From contig JACRDY010000068.1 in the NCBI GenBank assembly GCA_016218485.1, positions 1 through 21,024 on the forward strand: a stretch of DNA of 21,024 bases, read 5' to 3'. The notes under the pieces are model-generated. The model searched no databases, had not been told where the DNA came from, and worked only from the letters and a program-made list of their open reading frames with translations. This DNA comes from Candidatus Falkowbacteria bacterium. GTDB taxonomy: Bacteria > Patescibacteriota > Patescibacteriia > JACRDY01. Shown one piece after another: positions 6,464-12,750 of this stretch (positions are counted from its first letter, which is position 1; the number at the start of each line of letters is the position of its first letter). A program made the translations under genes and the position numbers.

Positions 6464-7564
6464 ATGACTCAAAAGAATAAGAAACCCACAGTCATCGTGG
6501 CCATGTCCGGCGGCGTGGATTCGTCTGTCGCGGCCGCTTTACTACAGCGGCAGGGCTATGACGTGCGCGGCGTGCATATCAAGATGTGGTCGGATCCGGA
6601 TATCCCCTGTTTGTTTACTTTTGACCGGATTGACGCCATGAAAGTAGCGATCCAGCTCGGCATTCCTTTCACCACTTGGGATCTGACGCGCGAATACCGC
6701 AGCGCGGTCGTGGACTACATGATCCGCGAGTTTAAGGCCGGTCGGACGCCCAACCCGGACGTGATGTGTAATAGCGAGATCAAGTTCGGGGTGTTTTTGG
6801 ATAAAGTTTTAAAAACGGGCGCGGAGTATTTGGCGACGGGGCATTATGTGAAAAAAGCGCAAAGCGCAAAGCGCAAAGCACAGAGCCAGTCCACGATACA
6901 AAAATTGTATATCGCGGCGGATGGGAATAAGGATCAGAGCTATTTTCTCTGGCGGCTGAATCAGCAGCAGCTGCGGCATAGCCTGTTTCCCCTGGGTGGT
7001 CTGACTAAGCCGCAGGTGCGAGTCCTCGCCAAACAGTTTAAGCTGCCTACCGCTGACAAGCCGGACTCGCAGGGTATCTGCTTCATCGGCGAGATTAACC
7101 TCAAGGATTTCCTGGAACACTACATCCCCCGCCGTCCGGGCACAATCGTGACCACGGACGGCCGCGTACTCGGCCATCATGAGGGTCTCCCCTTCTATAC
7201 CATTGGTCAGCGTGAGGGGCTGGGTCTGGGCGGTGGCATCCCCTACTATGTCGTTGCCAAAAATTTTAAAACCAATCAGCTGATTGTTGGCAGCCGGGGC
7301 GCGGCTGAACTGTTTCTGCCGAGTTTGCGGTTCACCGCCGCCAATTGGCTACTTGGCAGCGAGCCGAAACTGCCTCTGATCTGCCTGGCGCGTATCCGCT
7401 ACCGTCAGCCGCTGGAGCGTTGTCGGGTCAAACGCATCAGCGGTCGCGGCATTCGGGCGATCTATCAAGCGAAATTTACCGAGCCGCAGCGGGCCATTAC
7501 TCCCGGTCAGTCCATTGTGTTGTACAGGAGCGAGGAGATGATCGGGGGCGGGATTATTATTTAG
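6464..7564 (+). CDS. mnmA: tRNA-specific 2-thiouridylase (tRNA (5-methylaminomethyl-2-thiouridylate)-methyltransferase)
   Basis: A 366-aa ORF. PP-loop VAMSGGVDSSV near the N-terminus. Collinear with MnmA throughout (DQSYFL, GICFIGE, ITPGQS..GGGII C-terminus). It contains an ~8-codon in-frame insertion encoded by GCGCAAAGCGCAAAGCGCAAAGCACAGAGC at ~6856-6890. Confidence 0.85.
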   Translation: MTQKNKKPTVIVAMSGGVDSSVAAALLQRQGYDVRGVHIKMWSDPDIPCLFTFDRIDAMKVAIQLGIPFTTWDLTREYRSAVVDYMIREFKAGRTPNPDVMCNSEIKFGVFLDKVLKTGAEYLATGHYVKKAQSAKRKAQSQSTIQKLYIAADGNKDQSYFLWRLNQQQLRHSLFPLGGLTKPQVRVLAKQFKLPTADKPDSQGICFIGEINLKDFLEHYIPRRPGTIVTTDGRVLGHHEGLPFYTIGQREGLGLGGGIPYYVVAKNFKTNQLIVGSRGAAELFLPSLRFTAANWLLGSEPKLPLICLARIRYRQPLERCRVKRISGRGIRAIYQAKFTEPQRAITPGQSIVLYRSEEMIGGGIII

Positions 7565-7700
7565 TCCTTAGTCCATAGTCCCTAGTCCTTAGTCCATAGT
7601 CCTTATTCCATAGTCCTTAGCGTATAGTTTTAGCGTGAAAGCCTCCACTAAGTACTAGGGACTAAGGACTATGGACTATGTATAGGACTATGTACTATTT
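7564..7700. repeat. Palindromic spacer built from TAGTCC/TAGGAC-type 6-9-nt words
   Basis: gtccttagtccatagtccctagtccttagtccatagtcc...actagggactaaggactatggactatgtataggactatg. The two arms are reverse complements of each other. Confidence 0.55.
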
Positions 7701-7817
7701 CCTCTAATTTTGCTATACTAATACTATAGCTATCAGGACATTGACGCTTTTCCAGTCGTGTGCTAACCTATTGGCAAACAAAAGCCCTATGATACGGGTT
7801 TTTTATTTTAAGTCAGT

Positions 7818-7920
7818 CCAGCACCTTTCATCATTTTTATCTAAAATTTGCCATTATATTAGCTAAAATAAGATTAATTATGGTTGATTTATTTTAGATA
7901 AAAATGATGAAAGGTGCTGG
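7818..7920. repeat. Long perfect hairpin, copy 2 of the CCAGCACCTT family, with an AT-rich interior; it ends exactly at the start codon of the next gene
   Basis: ccagcacctttcatcatttttatctaaaat...attttagataaaaatgatgaaaggtgctgg, an ~30-bp perfect stem. Confidence 0.65.
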
Positions 7921-8523
7921 ATGGCTAAAAATATGCAAAAATCACGGATATTGCAAAAACTACGTAAATATTGGAGAAAATTAGGCGCTTTTTTGGTGCA
8001 CATGCATGTGCGTCGGGTTGAATTGGCTGTTTTTGCTGTAATTTTATTTGAATTTTCTTTTCCTCAAGTATCATTAGCTCAAGAATTGCAGGCTCCGGCC
8101 AGCTATCAGACCGAGAGCGTGATGTATGAAACAGTGATTCGGGATGCCGCTCCGGTTATCAGCGACGCGGCTGTATTGGCTGATTTTAATAATAGTCTGC
8201 CAATGGCGGCTGATCGTCAGCCGACCCGTACCATCTGGGTGACGGTAACGGCCTACTCCAGCACTCCGGATCAGACTGACGACAGCCCGTGTATTACGGC
8301 TAACGGGTTTGATGTCTGTGAACACGGGCAGGAGGACGTGATCGCGGCCAATTTTTTGCCCTTTGGTACCACGGTCAAAATGCCGGAGTATTTCGGCGAC
8401 ACAGTCTTTACTGTGCAGGATCGGATGAACGCGCGCTACTACAGCCGCGTTGATGTCTGGATGCAGAGCCGGGAGGCGGCTAAACAATTCGGCGTGCGGA
8501 CGCTTAAGGTTGAGGTTTATTAG
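7921..8523 (+). CDS. Secreted 3D-domain protein (MltA-like fold, cell-wall binding/remodelling; related to YocH/YuiC C-terminal domains)
   Basis: An N-terminal hydrophobic signal/anchor (LAVFAVILFEFSFPQVSLA). The C-terminal region has VTVTAYSSTPDQTDDSPCITANG ... VIAANFLPFGT ... FTVQDRMN...VDVWM, with three spaced Asp residues. The true start may be the internal ATG at 7933. Confidence 0.6.
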   Translation: MAKNMQKSRILQKLRKYWRKLGAFLVHMHVRRVELAVFAVILFEFSFPQVSLAQELQAPASYQTESVMYETVIRDAAPVISDAAVLADFNNSLPMAADRQPTRTIWVTVTAYSSTPDQTDDSPCITANGFDVCEHGQEDVIAANFLPFGTTVKMPEYFGDTVFTVQDRMNARYYSRVDVWMQSREAAKQFGVRTLKVEVY

Positions 8524-8587
8524 CTACAAATAGCGAATAGCACATAGTCAATAGTACATAGCGCTTGAGAAGGGCGTTTTTTTATAT

Positions 8588-8700
8588 GGCTACATTATCA
8601 CATTGCTACATTGCCAAATTGCTAAATTGTCACACTGTTGTGTGGGTTATTTAGCAATTTGGCAATGTAACAGTTTAACAATTTAACAATGTAGCAATTT
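8588..8700. repeat. Large palindrome of ATTGC/ACATTG-type words
   Basis: A perfect 17-bp inverted repeat, ttgccaaattgctaaat / atttagcaatttggcaa, sits inside longer symmetric arms (ctacattatcacattgctacattgcc ... ggcaatgtaacagtttaacaatttaacaatgtagc). Confidence 0.55.
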
Positions 8701-8745
8701 TGCTTTTCCCTTTTACTCCCGCGTGAAATACGGTATAATATTTTT

Positions 8746-9246
8746 ATGCAGCTATTTGTTAAAAAATTCACCAAAAACGGCCTGAAAATAGGTTTTTTTG
8801 TGGTGGCGCTGTGTTTGATGTTGGCGCTGGCATTGCCGGTGCTGGCCGTTACTGGACAGGGTGGTGACACGGGGCAGGGGGATACGAGTGGGCAGGGTAA
8901 TGACACCGGATCGGGTGGTGATACGGGACAAAATGAAGGGGGTAAGGCCAGTATTATATCCCTGGAAGATCCATTGAATGTAAAGACGGATGCAACAGGG
9001 CCATTGTCCAACATAGCTATTGTGCAGGAAATAATTCTCCGTTTGGCTAAATTCCTGATCGCGCCCATCGGCGCTATTGCTTTCCTCTGTTTGGTGATTG
9101 GCGGGTTTTATATGATTTTTTCCGGGGGTAATGAGGAGCGGGTTAAACAGGGCAAAGATATTATTGTCTGGACCGTGGTGGGGATTATCGTGATTTTTAG
9201 CGCCTACGCGGTGATTAATTTTGTGCTGACGGCGGTGAGAGGATAG
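8746..9246 (+). CDS. Secreted small membrane protein with TrbC/VirB2-like conjugative-pilin topology (signal peptide, Gly/Asp/Thr-rich low-complexity segment, two C-terminal TM helices)
   Basis: A 166-aa ORF. Signal peptide FFVVALCLMLALALPVLAVTG, then repeats QGGDTGQGDTSGQGNDTGSGGDTGQNEGG, then two hydrophobic helices separated by GGNEERVKQGKD. TATAAT at 8733-8742. The family assignment rests on topology only. Confidence 0.35.
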   Translation: MQLFVKKFTKNGLKIGFFVVALCLMLALALPVLAVTGQGGDTGQGDTSGQGNDTGSGGDTGQNEGGKASIISLEDPLNVKTDATGPLSNIAIVQEIILRLAKFLIAPIGAIAFLCLVIGGFYMIFSGGNEERVKQGKDIIVWTVVGIIVIFSAYAVINFVLTAVRG

Positions 9247-9478
9247 CACAAAGCTCAGAGCACAAAGCGCAGAGTTCAGAGCGCAAAGCACGTTTCAAAA
9301 GAGCGTCTTTTTTTAATTAGGAATTACTAATTACGAATTACGAATGAGATTACCAAAGAGCGGCTTTTGGCAGGCTAGGAACATGTAACATGTAGCATAT
9401 AGCATGTAACTCCATACAAGCTACACGCTACATGCTACAAGATTTTCTCTCATTTTAAACACTTTTATATACTTTTGA

Positions 9479-9507
9479 TTGACTTTTTATTTAAAATATG
9501 CTATATT
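9479..9507 (+). promoter_or_regulatory. Sigma70-like promoter followed by a ~175-nt structured leader upstream of the 9685 gene
   Basis: TTGACT, 17-nt spacer, TATATT. The leader contains hairpins CACACTGCAGAAGTGTG, CAACCGAA..TTCGGTTG and CCCCGCAAGGGG (GNRA loop). Confidence 0.5.
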
Positions 9508-9684
9508 GACAAATCACACTGCAGAAGTGTGTTTGTATACAGAACCTTGAAAACGGCGTTTATGACCAATAAGCGCTTACAAATATGCAACTCAAGTACA
9601 ACCGAAGAGTCAGTTTTCGGTTGAGTGAAATAGTACAGTCAACAATTCCCCGCAAGGGGTGCAACGGTTTTCGGAGGTGTCATC

Positions 9685-10698
9685 ATGATGCGATTGATTG
9701 AGTCTCTTGATGCGAAAGTCCAAAAGTGGTTCGGCATTCAGCTGATCAAGCTGTGGGACGCGAAAAGCCAAGGCAATCCCCCAGTCATTGTTCGGCTGGA
9801 TGAAAAGCACGAGATCGTTTTCCGATCCGTCTTCGGCAGTGACGACCACACCTTCAGTGGTTACCGGATAGAAGAACCCACCTATTGCTGGTGGGTCCCG
9901 GTCTTCCGTGACGAATACGTCGCCACGATTTTTACCGGGGAGTACTCCGCACCGTTCAATACGCAAGGATTTGAGGCCAACTCCGGCGTGGAAAATATAA
10001 ATGACCTGGAAAAGGAATTCAAGGGCATGATGGGCGCTGCCGCGTGGGAGAAGGCTCGTAAGGAACTGGAAGAGGTGATACAGCGTCGTCTGAAAGGCGG
10101 CGCGCCGAAAGTGACGATATACGTCTCCGGTACGTTGCAGCTCGATGTTGAAGGCATCATCAACGCCAGCGCGAAATACGCCACTCGCTTGTTCAAGAGC
10201 GGCAACGCGGATCAGATCATCAACGGCATGATGGAGCTCGCGCTCGCCCATGTCTTCGGCAGCATGATGCTGGAATCAGCCCTGATCCTCGCGGGTCATC
10301 GGCGGGAAAAGACGATCAAGCAGCTGATGAACTTGATGAATTTCGGCTGCCTGGAAGTGGACGAAGGTGGCGAGCCGATCGAGGCGACGCGGGTCACGGG
10401 TATCAAAGGTCTGCGGTACTACGGTCTCCGTCTGGTGCAGTTCGGTATCAAGCGGATTGTGCCGCCGGAGGAGATTGAGGAAGCGATCCGTCAGGAAGAA
10501 AGCGCCGAACGAGAGCGCGTGGCCGATAAAGCCAAGGCTGATGTCGCGGCAATGATTCACGATCTTCCAGCGGCGTTGGCGTTTACGGTTATGCACCTGA
10601 CCGATGCCCAAGTCAAAGGCCCGGGTCTCGAAATTTCAGTCAGTAAGAATAAGAAGGGAAAGTCCGGCGGTGCAGCAGCGAGTGACTCCACCGATTAA
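9685..10698 (+). CDS. Hypothetical soluble protein, 337 aa, no recognisable domain
   Basis: Long ORF with a GGAGGTG RBS 6 nt upstream and coding-like composition. No motif recognised by eye. Confidence 0.6.
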   Translation: MMRLIESLDAKVQKWFGIQLIKLWDAKSQGNPPVIVRLDEKHEIVFRSVFGSDDHTFSGYRIEEPTYCWWVPVFRDEYVATIFTGEYSAPFNTQGFEANSGVENINDLEKEFKGMMGAAAWEKARKELEEVIQRRLKGGAPKVTIYVSGTLQLDVEGIINASAKYATRLFKSGNADQIINGMMELALAHVFGSMMLESALILAGHRREKTIKQLMNLMNFGCLEVDEGGEPIEATRVTGIKGLRYYGLRLVQFGIKRIVPPEEIEEAIRQEESAERERVADKAKADVAAMIHDLPAALAFTVMHLTDAQVKGPGLEISVSKNKKGKSGGAAASDSTD

Positions 10699-10754
10699 CA
10701 CCAATTCGGGTCGCGGGCTTAAACCCCCGCGACCCGCTCAATCAGGAGTAGTCA

Positions 10755-11753
10755 ATGGAAACAGGAAAAGTCCCATATAGTGAGCCAGGTGAGGTAGATG
10801 CGAAGAAGAAGAAAGATCAATCAGGAGGGAGCATCTACGGCTGGACTATCGCCGGTTTTGCCCTGCTGGCCCTGGTGGTTGTGCTGGTGATCGTGGTAGG
10901 TATCGTGGCGGGGATCGTCGGGGCAATTTCCTGGCTAGCTTTAGGGCTCCTCAGCGTACATATCTCCGCGATTGTACTGCTGGTGGGCTGGCTGTACCGC
11001 CAAAAGGCATTTAGCGCCGCATGGGCAGTGATCTGGGCCGCCATTCTGTTTTTCGGCATCCCAATATGGCTCTTGAAGTATAGTGCCTGGTCGCCTGAGG
11101 CGGCCAAGATGATCAGCGTGTACATTGAGACCGAGGCGGACAAGCAGCGTGAGCTGCCAAACCCGCCGAGTGAGACCTATGAGGAACCAACTTTTCAGGA
11201 CTTCGTCCGTGAGGCCGGAGATCTAGGAGATGGTGAGACCACCACGTTTGAGGAGCCGGCATTTCCGATTGACACGTCAATCCATTGGAAGACCCAGCGA
11301 GGCGTGTGGTGCGTGTACTTTGATCCGAAGACGGATCCGTACCCGTGCCGCGGCAATACCGGCCTGCCCGGTCATGGCGACTTTCGTCTGAAGAACGACG
11401 GGCCGCACTTCACCATCAAGGCCAAGGGGCCGGTGGAGGGGCTGATATTCAGCTACACGGCCAAGACCGGGACTCACCCGGTGCGCAAAGACGACGCGAC
11501 CATCGCGGCCGAGCGCAGGGCCTATGAAGAGAAGGCGGCCGCGATCAAGGACAAGGCCGCGGTTCAAAAAAAGCCGCCGGACGAGTGGTACCAGAATCCA
11601 ATAACATGGATCGTTGTGGCGGTGCTTGCGCTGGTGATCGGCCTGATCATCAGCCGGGTTCGCGCTGGCGGTCGGGTCAAGGCCGCTCAACGTGCGGCAG
11701 ACCAGCAGGCCGTATTGGCACAGTTGGCAAAGGGCGAGGTCACGGTGGAGTGA
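10755..11753 (+). CDS. Hypothetical integral membrane protein (about 4 N-terminal TM helices, a central soluble domain, a C-terminal TM helix), probably co-transcribed with the 9685 gene
   Basis: A 332-aa ORF with an AGGAG RBS. A stable hairpin cgggtcgcgggcttaaacccccgcgacccg with no T-run sits in the 56-nt gap after the upstream gene. Confidence 0.6.
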   Translation: METGKVPYSEPGEVDAKKKKDQSGGSIYGWTIAGFALLALVVVLVIVVGIVAGIVGAISWLALGLLSVHISAIVLLVGWLYRQKAFSAAWAVIWAAILFFGIPIWLLKYSAWSPEAAKMISVYIETEADKQRELPNPPSETYEEPTFQDFVREAGDLGDGETTTFEEPAFPIDTSIHWKTQRGVWCVYFDPKTDPYPCRGNTGLPGHGDFRLKNDGPHFTIKAKGPVEGLIFSYTAKTGTHPVRKDDATIAAERRAYEEKAAAIKDKAAVQKKPPDEWYQNPITWIVVAVLALVIGLIISRVRAGGRVKAAQRAADQQAVLAQLAKGEVTVE

Positions 11754-11833
11754 TGAACTATAGCCCCGGGGGTACGCCCCCGGGCTCACGACTGACCTGG
11801 TTCATATACCAGATCAGTCACACGCAAAGGACG

Positions 11834-11857
11834 GTGGGCCATTTCCCACCGTTTTTT
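11834..11857 (+). terminator. Intrinsic terminator after the 10755 gene
   Basis: ggtgggccatttcccacc + gtttttt. A second hairpin, ccccgggggtacgcccccggg, lies at 11773-11795. Confidence 0.6.
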
Positions 11858-11879
11858 CATTGGCAAAATCTTGGTAACA

Positions 11880-11907
11880 AAAAACCGTCTTGATCAGAGA
11901 CGATTTT
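11880..11907 (-). terminator. Intrinsic terminator directly after the tRNA-Cys 3' end
   Basis: Minus-strand reading: AAAAAATCGTCTCTGATCAAGACGG + TTTTTT. Confidence 0.55.
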
Positions 11908-11982
11908 TTGGAGGCCTGGAGGGGAATTGCACCCCTGCATAGAGGTTTTGCAGACCTCTGCCTTACTGCTTGGCTACCAGGC
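11908..11982 (-). tRNA. Candidate tRNA-Cys (anticodon GCA), CCA encoded, with a non-canonical T-loop
   Basis: Reverse complement: GGCCTGG-TA-GCCA-AGCAGTA-AGGC-A-GAGGT-CTGCAAA-ACCTC-TATGC-AGGGG-TGCAATT-CCCCT-CCAGGCC-T-CCA. Perfect 7-bp acceptor, and U73 as expected for Cys. The T-loop UGCAAUU lacks the usual T54-Psi55-C56 (it has G at 55), and the D-stem has 3 bp plus an A-A. Confidence 0.55.
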
Positions 11983-12087
11983 CGTAAATTTACGTGGTCT
12001 TACTATAGCAGGATAAACCTTTAAAATCAAGAGTTTTTGCTGATTAAGAGTTTAGAAATATTTTAGATAGGCTGTGGTAGACTATTT

Positions 12088-12116
12088 TTGACAGGGTAAC
12101 TACCCTTTGCTATAAT
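12088..12116 (+). promoter_or_regulatory. Consensus sigma70 promoter for the 12133 gene
   Basis: TTGACA, 17-nt spacer (containing the palindrome GGGTAACTACCC), TATAAT, then ~16 nt to the ATG. Confidence 0.6.
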
Positions 12117-12132
12117 TCTTAAGCTATCGTTT

Positions 12133-12597
12133 ATGGGCAACACTAATCAACAATTTGAATTATTAGCCATTAAACAAGATTTGGCGGAATTTCGTCAAGA
12201 AAATAACGAACTGTTTTTGGCTATTAAGCAAGATCTAGATCGGATGGCCACCAAGGACGATCTCCAAGGCGTGAAGGACGATCTCCAAGGCGTGAAGGAC
12301 GATCTCCAAGGCGTGAAGGACGATCTCCAAGGCGTGAAGAAGGACTTACATAGGTTCGCCACCAAAGACGACCTATTAGCATTCGCCACCAAAGACGACA
12401 TGGAACATTTTCGGGATGAATTAAAAGAAGAAATTCATCAGACATTTGATGTGCTAATTACCGGGCAGGATAAAATAGTGAAGATACTGATGGATCAGAA
12501 AGCGGAAAACGCGGCCAATCAATCAGCGCACGGACGTTTCCAGACCACGCTGGATACCCACGAACGGAGAATAGGTGTTTTGGAAAATCCTGTTTAG
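12133..12597 (+). CDS. Coiled-coil repeat protein with KDDLQGV heptad repeats
   Basis: A 154-aa ORF with ATKDDLQGV-(KDDLQGV)x3-KKDLHRFATKDDLLAFATKDDMEHF. The heptad periodicity suggests a coiled coil. Confidence 0.6.
   Translation: MGNTNQQFELLAIKQDLAEFRQENNELFLAIKQDLDRMATKDDLQGVKDDLQGVKDDLQGVKDDLQGVKKDLHRFATKDDLLAFATKDDMEHFRDELKEEIHQTFDVLITGQDKIVKILMDQKAENAANQSAHGRFQTTLDTHERRIGVLENPV
12253..12336 (+). repeat. Perfect 4 x 21-nt tandem repeat (aaggacgatctccaaggcgtg) inside the 12133 CDS
   Basis: Four identical consecutive units encoding KDDLQGV. Degenerate units follow (aagaaggacttacat..., accaaagacgacctatta...). Confidence 0.9.
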
Positions 12598-12625
12598 TGT
12601 ATTTGCGGGCAATGGTATAAAATCG

Positions 12626-12654
12626 TCCCCCGATCCATCGGGGGCGGTTTTTTT
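12626..12654 (+). terminator. Intrinsic terminator after the 12133 gene
   Basis: cccccgatccatcggggg + cggttttttt. Confidence 0.65.
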
Positions 12655-12656
12655 AT

Positions 12657-12713
12657 CCAGCACCTTTCAGAATACCCCGTCAGCTTGCCGTGGGGTATGC
12701 TGAAAGGTGCTGG
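12657..12713. repeat. Perfect long hairpin, copy 3 of the CCAGCACCTT family, immediately upstream of polA
   Basis: ccagcacctttcagaataccccg-tcagcttgcc-gtggggtatgctgaaaggtgctgg. It is homologous to copy 1 (4855-4911) with compensatory substitutions on both arms. Confidence 0.7.
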
Positions 12714-12750
12714 ATTTTATTACCCCAAAAATGGTAAAATAGGCCTATCT

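Noticed and set aside
7564-9450. Word-repeat spacers as CRISPR arrays
   Set aside because: The repeats are 6-9 nt, degenerate and palindromic, with no constant-length unique spacers between ≥20-nt identical repeats.
9559-9621. 20-codon upstream ORF (MTNKRLQICNSSTTEESVFG) in the leader of the 9685 gene
   Set aside because: There is no Shine-Dalgarno sequence and it overlaps the CAACCGAA...TTCGGTTG hairpin. It is noted only as a possibility.
12685-12750. ORF-track start of polA at 12685 (MPWGMLKGAGFYYPKNGKIGLS...)
   Set aside because: The first 30 nt lie inside the perfect CCAGCACCTTTC hairpin. The conserved PolA N-terminus begins at the ATG at 12751 (MAKKKLVIIDG...).
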